Shown here: piece by piece, positions 40,309-50,119 of the stretch
How positions within the stretch are numbered: position 1 is the stretch's first letter
How the letters are laid out: each line of letters begins with the position of its first letter
Assembly: GCA_963530215.1 (NCBI GenBank)
Contig: CAUSCE010000008.1
Span: 4,700 to 68,699, forward strand
DNA length: 64,000 bases
DNA from: an uncultured Campylobacter sp.
GTDB taxonomy: Bacteria > Campylobacterota > Campylobacteria > Campylobacterales > Campylobacteraceae
Direction of reading: 5' to 3'
Position numbers and translations under genes: made by a program
The notes under the pieces: generated by a model
Seen by the model: the letters and a program-made list of their open reading frames with translations, nothing else
Told to the model about the DNA's origin: nothing
The model's database searches: none

Positions 40309-41598
40309 TTATGAGTTATATTTTTTAACGATACCGCGAACGACTTTTTCTATAAAAAGTACAGATTCAACTTCGCAGCATTCTCTTGTTGAGTGAGGTG
40401 AGTGGATGTTTGGTCCTATTGAGCAAGCACTAAGACCCGCTTTTTTCTCTAAAAGCACGCCACATTCAAGTCCAGCATGCACAGCTGTTATCCTTACATT
40501 TGGCTTATAAATTTTTAGCTCTTCTAAGATATCGTTTGCAAATTTATCATTTATAGGCTTCCAAGCAGGGTTTCTATCTTTTGCAATGACGCTAAAGCCA
40601 AGCGCTTTTGCAAGCTCAGAAATTTCAAATTCCATCCTATTTAGTCCATCTTTGCTCATAGATCTAGCAAAAAACTCCACTTCAAGCGTGCCATCATCTT
40701 TGATCTTTACAAGTGAGAGGTTTACGCTATCTTGTGGTATGCCTAGCTCGCAGTTATAGGCTCTTACGCCTTGTGAAAATGAGTTAATAAGAGCTAAAAT
40801 TTTCTCGCCATTTTCTAAAATTTCATCCCCCGTGCCAAGCTTTTTCACGCTTAAATTTTCACACTCGCTCTTTAGCTCTTTATCGCTTAAAACCAGTGCA
40901 GTTGCGCCGCTTGGGATAGAGTTGCTTCGCTCACCACCTTCAAATTTAACAAGCTTGCAGCCATTTTTAGTGACAAATGCCGCCAAAACCTTGATCGCAT
41001 TTGGGATATTTTTATGTATCTCGTTGCCAGAGTGTCCGCCAGGTAGGCCGCTTACTTTTACTTCATAAAGCGTGCTCTCTTTTGTTTTTTTGCTATTAAG
41101 CGAGATAGTGGCAAATAAATTTACACCGCCAGCGCAGCCGATAGTGACGCGGTCGTCTTCTTCGCTGTCTAAATTTAAAAGCTTATCGGCTTTGAGATCG
41201 CCACTAAAGCCAGTGGCTCCGATCATGCCGACTTCTTCGTTGTTTGTAAAGAGGCACTCAATGTCATCAAATTCGCTTATCATCTGCATCATGATAGCCA
41301 CGCCTATGCCGTTATCTGCACCTAAAGATGAGTTTTTAGCCCTCATGTAGCCATCATCGCCATAAACTATCTCGATCTTTGGCGCGTCGCCCATGCAGAC
41401 CATATCGTAGTGGCTTTGCAAACAAATTTTTGGCTTGCCTTTAAACGCATGAACGTTGCCAAAGCTATCGACTGCGACCTCACAGCCCTTATCTTTTGCA
41501 TAGCTAGCTAAAAAATCACGCATCTTATCAGTCTCGTAACTGCAGTGCGGTATCGACGCAAGTGTCTCAAATTTCGCTAAAACTTCGCTCTTTGACAT
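40309..41598 (-). CDS. pepD: Aminoacyl-histidine dipeptidase (M20 family, PepD-like)
   Basis: 429 aa. M20 motifs LQSHYDMV, GADNGIGVA, EEVGMIGA and GGHSG. Confidence 0.85.
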   Translation of the reverse strand: MSKSEVLAKFETLASIPHCSYETDKMRDFLASYAKDKGCEVAVDSFGNVHAFKGKPKICLQSHYDMVCMGDAPKIEIVYGDDGYMRAKNSSLGADNGIGVAIMMQMISEFDDIECLFTNNEEVGMIGATGFSGDLKADKLLNLDSEEDDRVTIGCAGGVNLFATISLNSKKTKESTLYEVKVSGLPGGHSGNEIHKNIPNAIKVLAAFVTKNGCKLVKFEGGERSNSIPSGATALVLSDKELKSECENLSVKKLGTGDEILENGEKILALINSFSQGVRAYNCELGIPQDSVNLSLVKIKDDGTLEVEFFARSMSKDGLNRMEFEISELAKALGFSVIAKDRNPAWKPINDKFANDILEELKIYKPNVRITAVHAGLECGVLLEKKAGLSACSIGPNIHSPHSTRECCEVESVLFIEKVVRGIVKKYNS

Positions 41599-41615
41599 AT
41601 TTGCCTCCTTTAAAT

Positions 41616-41873
41616 TTATTTTATCTCGCCCTTATAGCCAGTCGCATCAACCGCCTTTAAAAGCTCCTTTTCATCGACCTTATCATCTGCTATAACGACA
41701 GCTTTTCGCTCTTTTAGCGATACATCTGCCTTTTTTACGCCCTCAACGCTAAGAGCAGCCTTTCTAACAATCGCTGTGCAAAGCGGACAGTGCATGCTGG
41801 GTACTGAAATTTCTATCTTTTTATCAGCATAGCTTGCAGCCACTAAAAGGGCTAAAACTAAAATTTTACGCAT
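41616..41873 (-). CDS. Periplasmic heavy-metal-associated (HMA, MerP-like) protein
   Basis: Signal peptide MRKILVLALLVAASYA, followed by an HMA fold with the metal motif SMHCPLC (a variant of GMTCxxC). Confidence 0.7.
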   Translation of the reverse strand: MRKILVLALLVAASYADKKIEISVPSMHCPLCTAIVRKAALSVEGVKKADVSLKERKAVVIADDKVDEKELLKAVDATGYKGEIK

Positions 41874-42189
41874 AAATTTCTCCTAAAAGCTCTGGGTATG
41901 TAAGGAGTAAAAGCAAAATCACTCCAAAAAGTATATATATAAGTATCCATTTTTTCTTTTTATAGCTTAGGTTGCAGCTTTTTGGCTTGTAAAATAAAGC
42001 AATGCCAGAAATCACAAAGCAAATGACTGCTATAACGCTTAAAGGGACGCGGTACTCGTATAAATTTTGTGTCCAAGATAGAAATGAAAAAGAAGTGCCA
42101 AAAAGTAAGAAAAGAAGTGCCGGCAAGCAGCACAAGGTAGCACCGATAGCACTACCTATGGATGTTAGTATCAGCCAAAAGGCTCTCAT
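41866..42189 (-). CDS. MerT-like small membrane protein with a CC motif in TM1
   Basis: 107 aa with three predicted TM helices. The first helix, GSAIGATLCCLPALLFLLFG, resembles the MerT vicinal-cysteine helix. The gene overlaps both of its neighbours. Confidence 0.55.
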   Translation of the reverse strand: MRAFWLILTSIGSAIGATLCCLPALLFLLFGTSFSFLSWTQNLYEYRVPLSVIAVICFVISGIALFYKPKSCNLSYKKKKWILIYILFGVILLLLLTYPELLGEIYA

Positions 42190-43265
42190 TTTAGCTCGGT
42201 TGAGACGTAGTCATAGCTAAATTCTTTTGGCGAATAATAATTTTGTGTGTTGCCATCGACTTCAGCGTATGGGTAACCAAAGTTGTTTAGTGGAGTTTGC
42301 TCTGGAGTCGGTTTTAAGATAAAGTCGCGGCCGTAGTTAAAGCCTATCCAGCACATCTCCCAGTTGCCAAAGCAATAATCCCTAACAGCTTTGATCTTAG
42401 CGTCGTCATTTGTTAGCTTCTCGCCCAGTCTTACCTTTGTAACATCAGCTGGATCAACCGGTATCCAACCATAGCCTTTTAGGTAAAATTCAGCCCTGCA
42501 GTGCTGTCCGCCTGAAATTTTAGCTACGCCATCTTTTGCGCTACCCATCTGATCTGAAAATCTAGACTGACCAACCCTGATACCAAAAATTTCTCTAGCT
42601 GGGATGCCAACTGATCTGCAAAGTCCCACAAAAACTGAGTTTATGTCGGTGCATTTGCCAATTAGTTTTCCGCTTTCTAGGATGGCTTTAACGTCGCCTG
42701 TGCCACATCCTAGGATGCTGTTATCACGCTGCATAGTATTTGCAACCCACGTATAGATCGCTTTTGTGCGCTCTAAATCGCCCTTTAAATTTCCAACTAT
42801 CTCTAACGCTTTTGCTCTTACGACGCCGTCAGTTGGGATGTGTGAAGTTGGTTTTAAAAACTCTAAAACAGCAGGGTCGACCTTCTCGTTTGGATCGTAA
42901 TTTACCTTGCTAAAGTCAGTATTACGCTCTGTTGTTTGAATTTTAAACTGCACATTTAAGATAGGTCTTGGCTCATTTTCTTCAAAATCAGCATACATTG
43001 TAGGTATTAGCGTATCTGAAATATAGACGTTTTTAGCGGTTGTGTTTATGACGTAGTCTTGAGTTAGTTGCTGATAAGTAGTGCTTAGTGGGAGTGGCAG
43101 CCAAATTCTTGAGCTTTTGCCTTTTTCAAGAAGTTGGTGTTTGAAATTTACATCAAAATTTCTAACCACTGGGTTTGCTGGCTCATCGCTAGCTAGAGTG
43201 ACACTTGGAAGTAGACTTGCTGCACCTAAAAAACTACTGAATTTAAAAAAATCTCTTCTTTGCAT
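42186..43265 (-). CDS. Tat-exported transglutaminase-like cysteine protease-fold protein
   Basis: Twin-arginine signal MQRRDFFKFSSFLGAASLL. The transglutaminase core Cys/His/Asp context is GKCTDINSVFVGLCRSVGIPAR, GGQHCRAEFY, GWIPVDPAD. The ORF track start at 43295 is also possible. Confidence 0.8.
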   Translation of the reverse strand: MQRRDFFKFSSFLGAASLLPSVTLASDEPANPVVRNFDVNFKHQLLEKGKSSRIWLPLPLSTTYQQLTQDYVINTTAKNVYISDTLIPTMYADFEENEPRPILNVQFKIQTTERNTDFSKVNYDPNEKVDPAVLEFLKPTSHIPTDGVVRAKALEIVGNLKGDLERTKAIYTWVANTMQRDNSILGCGTGDVKAILESGKLIGKCTDINSVFVGLCRSVGIPAREIFGIRVGQSRFSDQMGSAKDGVAKISGGQHCRAEFYLKGYGWIPVDPADVTKVRLGEKLTNDDAKIKAVRDYCFGNWEMCWIGFNYGRDFILKPTPEQTPLNNFGYPYAEVDGNTQNYYSPKEFSYDYVSTELK

Positions 43266-43358
43266 AAAATGCCTTTTTTGCTTAATATTAGCCAAACTTG
43301 GCTCTAAAACTGCCTGCTATTCTAGCATAAAATTTTTATTTATGATAAAATCCGCCAC

Positions 43359-43526
43359 ATGAAAAAGATTATATTTTTAGGCTTTATAGCGTTATTTTGC
43401 AACGGTTGTCTTTATATGAACGAGCGTGGAGTTTCGACGCAATATTATAATGATTGTAAAGAGTATTATGATGCGACTGGCACCTACCAAAAAGAGTGTC
43501 CGCACAACATCGTCGACTGGAAATAG
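43359..43526 (+). CDS. Small putative lipoprotein (55 aa, Cys-rich), not in the ORF track
   Basis: The ORF ATG..TAG encodes MKKIIFLGFIALFCNGCLYMNERGVSTQYYNDCKEYYDATGTYQKECPHNIVDWK. It has a signal peptide, a lipobox-like FCNGC and two further Cys residues. No strong SD is seen. Confidence 0.45.
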   Translation: MKKIIFLGFIALFCNGCLYMNERGVSTQYYNDCKEYYDATGTYQKECPHNIVDWK

Positions 43527-43527
43527 C

Positions 43528-44397
43528 GTGGATCTTAGTAAATTTAATGAGCAGCAAAAACAAATTTATAATAGGATAGAAAATTTAGCAAATTTTGACT
43601 GCGAGCTTGAGCTAAAAGATAGTGTAAATGTGAAATTTAAAAATTTAGACCAAGCTAAAAAAGATGAAATCTTTGATCTCACCCTTAGCCTAAAGCCTTG
43701 GCGAAAAGGACCATTTTTACTTGATGATATATATATAGATAGTGAGTGGCAAAGTTTTATCAAATTTAATATCCTCGCCCCGCATCTAAATTTAGCTGGC
43801 AAAAGTGTGGCTGATGTTGGTTGTAATAATGGATATTATATGTTTAAGATGCTTGAGTACGGCCCAAAAAGTATAACTGGCTTTGATCCTAGCGTGCATA
43901 CATATTTGCAGTTTGCTTTTTTAAATAAATTTATCCGCTCAAATATCGCTTACGAGCTTCTTGGAGTAGAGAGCTTGCCAGAATACGCAGCGAAATTTGA
44001 TACGATTTTTTGTCTTGGTGTTATCTATCACAGAAGTGATCCTATTAAGATGCTAAAAGAGCTAAAAACTGCGCTAAATCCAGGCGGCGAGCTATTTTTA
44101 GATACTATGTATATTGATATGGAGGGCGACTTTGCGCTAAGTCCAAAGGATAGGTATTCAAAAATTCCAAATATCTATTTTGTGCCGACACTCTCGGCAC
44201 TTCAAAACTGGTGCGAGAGAGCTAAATTTAGGGATTTTACCTTACTTGAAACAAAGGCGACTGATCTAAATGAGCAGCGAAAAACGCAGTGGATAGATGG
44301 CGAGAGTCTTGGAAATTTCTTAGACCCAGACGATAATACAAAGACCATCGAGGGCTACCCAGCGCCAAAAAGAGCATATGTTAGAGTTAAAATTTAA
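43528..44397 (+). CDS. cmoB: tRNA U34 carboxymethyltransferase CmoB
   Basis: The motifs LKPWRKGPF, SAM-binding VADVGCNNGYY, GVIYHRSDP and EGYPAPKRAYVR match CmoB. The start is uncertain. A GTG at 43528 gives about 289 aa. The ORF track start at 43426 would overlap the lipoprotein ORF. Confidence 0.85.
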   Translation: MDLSKFNEQQKQIYNRIENLANFDCELELKDSVNVKFKNLDQAKKDEIFDLTLSLKPWRKGPFLLDDIYIDSEWQSFIKFNILAPHLNLAGKSVADVGCNNGYYMFKMLEYGPKSITGFDPSVHTYLQFAFLNKFIRSNIAYELLGVESLPEYAAKFDTIFCLGVIYHRSDPIKMLKELKTALNPGGELFLDTMYIDMEGDFALSPKDRYSKIPNIYFVPTLSALQNWCERAKFRDFTLLETKATDLNEQRKTQWIDGESLGNFLDPDDNTKTIEGYPAPKRAYVRVKI

Positions 44398-44405
44398 GGA
44401 TAAAA

Positions 44406-44939
44406 ATGGCAGAAGAAAATATCTATGATACAAAAGACGAATCGCAAATAATCTTACCAGAAGATGAAAATCCATTAAGAAATGAGATCAAAACCGCTCC
44501 ACTTACAAAGCTAAATTTTAGCGGAACGGCATTTTTACTTGAAAAAAATCACGCAAAGACTAGATTTTTTACTACGGATGATATGGTGTGCGATACTGAG
44601 GGGCTTATTCATAGCGGATTTATTTTTATGGGCGCAAATCATGCCGCGCTTTTAGCCATTAATGAAGAATTTTGCGTTAGTATCGGGGCTAGGATAAATT
44701 TCTTTGGGCCACTAAAGCTTGGTGACGTGGTGGAATTTGACGCTCAAGCAAGATTTGAAGAGAGCAGAAAAAGAGAAGTAAAAGTAATAGGCTATGTAAA
44801 AGAGATCAAGATCTTTGAGGGCATCTTTCAGCTAGTCACGCTTGAAGAGCATATCTTTGTCACCCAGCAAAAAAATATCCAAAAAGAAGCCGCCATAAGG
44901 CAAAAGAAAGAGCGAGAAGAAGCTAAGGCAAATAGCTAA
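44406..44939 (+). CDS. Hotdog-fold (PaaI/YbgC-like) thioesterase-family protein with a K/E-rich tail
   Basis: 177 aa. The region GLIHSGFIFMGANHAALLAI...GDVVEFDAQ resembles hotdog thioesterases. Confidence 0.6.
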   Translation: MAEENIYDTKDESQIILPEDENPLRNEIKTAPLTKLNFSGTAFLLEKNHAKTRFFTTDDMVCDTEGLIHSGFIFMGANHAALLAINEEFCVSIGARINFFGPLKLGDVVEFDAQARFEESRKREVKVIGYVKEIKIFEGIFQLVTLEEHIFVTQQKNIQKEAAIRQKKEREEAKANS

Positions 44940-45135
44940 AAGTAAGTAAGAATTTTTGATTTTCTTAATATTTAATCCCAAATAAAGTGAAATTTTAAAA
45001 AGATAATCTTTATCTCATTATCCTATTTTAGTAAATGATTGGTAACATTTTTTAAATTTTTAAGGAAAATTAAGCAATAAAATTAATTCTCTATGATAAT
45101 ATCCTTTCAAAACTTTTTATCAAAAGGAGATTTAG

Positions 45136-46383
45136 ATGAAACTTACAAAAGTTAGCTTAGCTACTTTGGTTGCTTTAGGTGCATTTTCAAGCGTTGCAAG
45201 TGCAACTCCACTTGAAGAAGCTATAAAAAATGTAGATCTTTCAGGATTTGCAAGATATCGTTATACAAATGATCATTTCAAAACTTCAAATCCAAACGAT
45301 GTGGCAAGAAAAAGTGATGCAGGCCATGTTTTTAGAATGCAAACAGCATTTAAAGCCGCAATAGACGATAACTTCTTTGGTGTTTTAAATTTAAGATATC
45401 AAGCAAAAGATAACTCAGGTGATGCAACTGCTGGAACAGACAAAACAAACACAACTGGAGCTTTTGGTGTTTATGAGATGTACCTAGGTTACAAGATTGG
45501 CAATACTACCGTTACAGCTGGCAAACAAAAACTGGGCACATTTTATGATGGTAAAGATATAGCAGGTACAGGTATTAAGGTGGTAAATACTGACATCTCT
45601 GGTCTTACTTTGACGGCATTAGCGCTTGATGCTTTAGAAAATGAAAAAAGTGATACAAATGGCCCATTGGCAAATACTCTAGTTGCTTCAAATATGTTTA
45701 GTGATTCACCTGCGAATATTTATTATTTAGCAGCTTTTGGAAGCTATGATCCACTCGCATTTAAAATAGCTATAGCAAATATTTCTGAAGTTGCTACACT
45801 TTACGGAGTTGATGCAGGAGTTAGCTTTAATGTAACTGATGATGTAAATCTAAACTTAAAGGGTCAATTCGCTCATAATGACTCAGATCACAAAGATGTA
45901 GCTGATGCAAATTTCTGGGCTATCCAAGCTGGCACAAAACTATTTGGTGCTAATTTTAATGCTGGTTACTTAGACTTTGATGCTAAAAATAAAGCTGATG
46001 ATGTGAAAAATAGCAACAAAATTTCATTTGTAACACTTGATGGAAACGGTGATCTAATTAGTCCAGCAAAAATCCTAAATGGTGGAATGAACGATAGCAA
46101 ACAATACTACAACAATATCAAAGGTAACAACGACTACTGGTTTGTTAATGGTGGATACAGCATAGATAAATTTGGCTTTGGTGCTGGTTATACTCAAGGT
46201 AAAGGCCACAGCTGGGCTCTTGGCAAAGATAGAGCAAAAAGAAATGAGTGGTATGCACAAGCTAGCTACAAATATAGCAAAAAACTTAATTTCCTAACTT
46301 GGTATGCAGCTGCTAAAGACAAAAAAGATGGCGAAAGTTATAAACAAGATCGTATAAGATTTGAAGCAAAATATAGCTTCTAA
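45136..46383 (+). CDS. porA: Major outer membrane porin (MOMP/PorA-like)
   Basis: Signal peptide MKLTKVSLATLVALGAFSSVASA. The N-terminus TPLEEAIKNVDLSGFARYRY is typical of Campylobacter MOMP. Alternating beta-strand pattern, C-terminal residues YSF, and a strong terminator downstream. Confidence 0.8.
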   Translation: MKLTKVSLATLVALGAFSSVASATPLEEAIKNVDLSGFARYRYTNDHFKTSNPNDVARKSDAGHVFRMQTAFKAAIDDNFFGVLNLRYQAKDNSGDATAGTDKTNTTGAFGVYEMYLGYKIGNTTVTAGKQKLGTFYDGKDIAGTGIKVVNTDISGLTLTALALDALENEKSDTNGPLANTLVASNMFSDSPANIYYLAAFGSYDPLAFKIAIANISEVATLYGVDAGVSFNVTDDVNLNLKGQFAHNDSDHKDVADANFWAIQAGTKLFGANFNAGYLDFDAKNKADDVKNSNKISFVTLDGNGDLISPAKILNGGMNDSKQYYNNIKGNNDYWFVNGGYSIDKFGFGAGYTQGKGHSWALGKDRAKRNEWYAQASYKYSKKLNFLTWYAAAKDKKDGESYKQDRIRFEAKYSF

Positions 46384-46390
46384 AACCTTT

Positions 46391-46414
46391 GTCCGAGCGA
46401 GCTTTCGCTCGGAC
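46391..46414 (+). terminator. porA rho-independent terminator
   Basis: GTCCGAGCGA-GCTT-TCGCTCGGAC forms a perfect 10-bp stem 7 nt after the stop, followed by a T-rich tract. Confidence 0.75.
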
Positions 46415-46554
46415 CTCTTTAAAATTTAATAGACTCCATATAAATTTTTTCTATTTTTTTGATCGATCCTTAGTTTTAAAAAAAATATAAATTTTTAATA
46501 GTGATTAAGTGTACTTTAGAAGCTTGAAACTTGAAATTAATACCACCAAAATTT

Positions 46555-47157
46555 TTAGCTATTTTTTACTATGTCTATCCAATAATCAATATTGTTTTGC
46601 TCAGCCTCTAGTGTACTGCCTTCTCCGTGCCCTGGATAAAGCGTGAAGTTACCTTTTAAATTTTTACATTTTCCTAGACTTTTTAACATTTCATTTTTAT
46701 CTGAAAAAGGAAAATCCCAGCGTCCTATGCTTCCTTTAAATAAAAAATCCCCACTAAACATCATATCATCTATCTCTATCATCGAGCAACCTGGCGTATG
46801 CCCTGGAAAATGATGAAATTTGATGAAAAAATCATCAATGTTAAAATTTTCATCATTATCAACTAAAACATCTGGAGTAAAAGTACTTTTCATATAACCA
46901 AAAATATCACTCTCACACATGAAAGCATCAAATTTGTTAATATAAACTGGAATTTCTAGCTCATTTTTTAGCTCGCTCACATCAAAGATATGATCAAAAT
47001 GCCCGTGAGTGCAAAGGATAGCTTTTAAATTTTTAGCATTTTGCAAAACCCATTCTTTTGCCCCGTCTCCTGGATCTATCACTAAAGATGAATTATTTTT
47101 TGTAACGATGTAACAATTAGTGTCAAAATCTCCAAAACTTTTGTGTATTACTCTCAT
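46555..47157 (-). CDS. MBL-fold metallo-hydrolase
   Basis: The motif CTHGHFDH (HxHxDH) plus downstream His/Asp ligands. 200 aa. Confidence 0.8.
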   Translation of the reverse strand: MRVIHKSFGDFDTNCYIVTKNNSSLVIDPGDGAKEWVLQNAKNLKAILCTHGHFDHIFDVSELKNELEIPVYINKFDAFMCESDIFGYMKSTFTPDVLVDNDENFNIDDFFIKFHHFPGHTPGCSMIEIDDMMFSGDFLFKGSIGRWDFPFSDKNEMLKSLGKCKNLKGNFTLYPGHGEGSTLEAEQNNIDYWIDIVKNS

Positions 47158-47277
47158 TTTTTACCTTAAATTTATTATTTCTTAAAATTTTACATCTTTT
47201 TACTTAAACTTAAAGAAAAATTTTAAATTTACTTAGTATAATTTTTGCAAAAGGAAGCAAATCTAGGCAAAGGAAGA

Positions 47278-48015
47278 ATGAAGGAGTATCAAAAGATCGA
47301 AGAAACTTTAGTTTTTAGCTTAAAAGATAAAACTAAAGATAAAAATTTGTTGTTGGGTGTTAGTGGAGGTATTGATTCTGCTGTAGTAGCGACTTTGTGT
47401 GCAAGAGCAAAACCAAATGAAACTCATGCACTCATCATGCCAACAGCATCATCAAACAGACAAAATATGGACGATGCCTTAAATTTATGCGAAAAACTAA
47501 ACATAAAATATAAGGTTTTATCCATAGAGGGTATTTTAAATGCCTTTTACGAAACGATAGATGTAAATTTAAGCAATTTAAGAAAAGGGAATTTAGCAGC
47601 TAGAGTTAGAATGAGCTTGCTTTATGATTATTCATCTAGTATAAACGCTCTAGTTATCGGAACAAGCAACAAAAGTGAGCTTATGCTTGGATATGGTACG
47701 ATATTTGGGGATTTAGCATGTGCAATAAATCCTATCGGAGAGCTTTACAAAAGTGAAATTTTTGAATTTGCAAAACATCTTGGGGTTGATAAAAATTTTA
47801 TCAACAAAGCACCTTCGGCTGATTTGTGGGATGGTCAAAGTGACGAAGGCGACATAGGTTACAGTTATGCTGTTATTGATGAGATTTTAGAAAATTTAGA
47901 AAATAACAAGGAGCAAGTCATCAAAAAGTTTGGATTAAAAGCAGTATCGGATATAGAAAATAGAGTTGTTTCAAACAGGTTTAAACGACAAATGCCGTTG
48001 ATAGTGAAAATTTAA
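47278..48015 (+). CDS. nadE: Ammonia-dependent NAD+ synthetase
   Basis: PP-loop GVSGGIDSAV. The ATG at 47278 follows AGGAAG. A TATAAT at 47237..47242 makes the ORF-track TTG start at 47245 unlikely. Confidence 0.9.
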   Translation: MKEYQKIEETLVFSLKDKTKDKNLLLGVSGGIDSAVVATLCARAKPNETHALIMPTASSNRQNMDDALNLCEKLNIKYKVLSIEGILNAFYETIDVNLSNLRKGNLAARVRMSLLYDYSSSINALVIGTSNKSELMLGYGTIFGDLACAINPIGELYKSEIFEFAKHLGVDKNFINKAPSADLWDGQSDEGDIGYSYAVIDEILENLENNKEQVIKKFGLKAVSDIENRVVSNRFKRQMPLIVKI

Positions 48016-48025
48016 AGGATTAAAG

Positions 48026-49156
48026 ATGAGAGAGATTCCGTTTTATAGACCAACTATCACTGAGCGTGAAAGTGAGCTTATTGAAGAGGCTTTGCACTCT
48101 GAAAATACTACTAATATCGTTGCTAGATTTGAAGAGAAGTTAAAAGAGTATTTTGGTGCAAAATTTGTAGTTACCACAAATAATATCGCAGCCGCACACC
48201 ACTTGGCACTAAGTGCGCTTGACACTAAACGCGGAGATAAGGTTATTTGCTCCATAAATGCTTTTCCTAGCATTGCACAAGCTGTTAGACATTTTGATGC
48301 TGAACCTATTTTTGTGGATGTTGATGAAGAAGATTTTAACATCTGCCCAGACGCCCTTGAGAAAGTGCTAAAAGAGCAGAATCACAAAAAATTAAAATGT
48401 GCTTTTATCTCTCATATCGCAGGTCAAAGTGCTAGGATGGATGAGATAACGGCAGTTTGTGAGAAATACGGTGTAAAAATTTTAGATGACGCAAATCGCG
48501 GTATGGGACTAACATACAATGGCAAAAAGGTTGGTTCAGACTCCTTTTTGTCATGCTTTCAAACACATTCTCGTGTACAAAATCCTATATCAACGGTTGG
48601 ATTTTTTACGACAAACGATGAGGAAATTTATAAAAGAGCAAAACTACTTCGCAACTATGCTCTTGTAAATGGCATTGATAAATTCGGTAGCTTGAGTTAT
48701 ATTTATGATGTCGTAGATATTGGCTTAAAGTATGATATAAACTCGATAAATGCAGCATTTTCTATTGCACAGCTAGAAAGAACAGACAAACTCATACAAA
48801 GAAGACAAGAGATCGCAAAAATTTATGATAAAGAGATTGGCGAGTGCCACAATATAACAATCCCTGTCAAAAAACGCGAGCACATTTATACTCAGTATAT
48901 TATTAAGATAAATAAAAATCGTGACGGCTTTGCTAGAGAGCTTTTGGAGCATGGCATTCACACATCATTGCACTACATACCGATACATTTACTAAGCTAT
49001 TACAAAAACAAATACTCACTTAAAGTAAATGATTTTCCAAATGCTTTAAAAAATTATCAGCAAGTGTTGTCACTGCCTATTTATCATAGTTTGAGTGACG
49101 AAGAGGTGCAATACATCTGCAGCAAAGTAAAAGAAATTTCTAAAACTCGTGTTTAA
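48026..49156 (+). CDS. DegT/DnrJ/EryC1/StrS-family aminotransferase-like protein (PLP lysine not evident)
   Basis: 376 aa with an overall DegT-like layout ([12 protein letters not shown]..., [10 protein letters not shown]..., [18 protein letters not shown]). The segment where the Schiff-base Lys is expected reads [19 protein letters not shown] and contains no Lys. Confidence 0.75.
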   Translation: MREIPFYRPTITERESELIEEALHSENTTNIVARFEEKLKEYFGAKFVVTTNNIAAAHHLALSALDTKRGDKVICSINAFPSIAQAVRHFDAEPIFVDVDEEDFNICPDALEKVLKEQNHKKLKCAFISHIAGQSARMDEITAVCEKYGVKILDDANRGMGLTYNGKKVGSDSFLSCFQTHSRVQNPISTVGFFTTNDEEIYKRAKLLRNYALVNGIDKFGSLSYIYDVVDIGLKYDINSINAAFSIAQLERTDKLIQRRQEIAKIYDKEIGECHNITIPVKKREHIYTQYIIKINKNRDGFARELLEHGIHTSLHYIPIHLLSYYKNKYSLKVNDFPNALKNYQQVLSLPIYHSLSDEEVQYICSKVKEISKTRV

Positions 49157-50069
49157 GAAATTAAATATTTTTTTGCATTCTTGGGCGAATGACTACTTCT
49201 TTCGCCCAAATTTCTTTCAAATTTTACTAGCATTTTTACTTTTGCCACTAAGTTTTATCTATTTTCTTATTGTTGTTCTTAAGAAATTTACTGCTAGAAA
49301 AATAGACTTTGGCATAAAGATAATAAGCGTTGGAAATTTGACCCTTGGAGGAAGTGGAAAGACTCCACTTTGCGTGGCAATTGCTAAAAATTACGAGGGT
49401 GCTTTTATCGTTCTTAGAGGCTATAAAAGAAAAAGCAAAGGCATGCAAGTTGTCGCTCGAAATGGCGAAATTTTACTTGACGTAGCAGCGAGCGGCGATG
49501 AGGCGATGATATATGCCACAAGTCTTAAAAACGCAAATGTGATAGTAAGCGAAGATAGGAAAATAGCTATAAAATATGCCAAAGAGCATGGCGCAAAGTA
49601 TATTTTGCTAGATGACGGATTTTCTAAATTCGACATAGCCAAATTTGATATCTTGGTGCGTCCAAATCCTGAGCCAAAGCTAAAATTTTGCCTACCAAGT
49701 GGGGCTTATAGATATCCATTTAGCTTTTATAAATTTGCTGATTTTATCGCTAGTGAAGGACAAACTCACTTTAGAAAGAGTGAAATTTTAAATAAAACCA
49801 AAAAAATGGTGCTAGTCACCGCCATAGCAAATCCAGCGCGCCTTGAAGCGTTTTTTAGCGAGTGCGTGGGACAGGTATTTTTCCCTGACCACTACGACTT
49901 TTCAAAAGAAGAGCTAAGCGAAATTTTACTAACCTATGGCGCGACCTCGCTTTTGATGACGCAAAAGGACTATGTAAAGGCAAAAGATTTTGGCTTGCCA
50001 GTATCGCTTATCACGCTTGAAGTTACGCTAAGCGAGGAGTTTAAAAAGGTTTTGGCGCAGCAAATTTAA
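49149..50069 (+). CDS. lpxK: Tetraacyldisaccharide 4'-kinase
   Basis: N-terminal TM helix followed by the P-loop [16 protein letters not shown] start overlapping the upstream stop. Confidence 0.9.
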   Translation: MFKKLNIFLHSWANDYFFRPNFFQILLAFLLLPLSFIYFLIVVLKKFTARKIDFGIKIISVGNLTLGGSGKTPLCVAIAKNYEGAFIVLRGYKRKSKGMQVVARNGEILLDVAASGDEAMIYATSLKNANVIVSEDRKIAIKYAKEHGAKYILLDDGFSKFDIAKFDILVRPNPEPKLKFCLPSGAYRYPFSFYKFADFIASEGQTHFRKSEILNKTKKMVLVTAIANPARLEAFFSECVGQVFFPDHYDFSKEELSEILLTYGATSLLMTQKDYVKAKDFGLPVSLITLEVTLSEEFKKVLAQQI

Positions 50070-50119
50070 GCCCATTTTGTTATAATGAGCCACTTTTTAA
50101 AAGGAAAATTTAGATCAAA

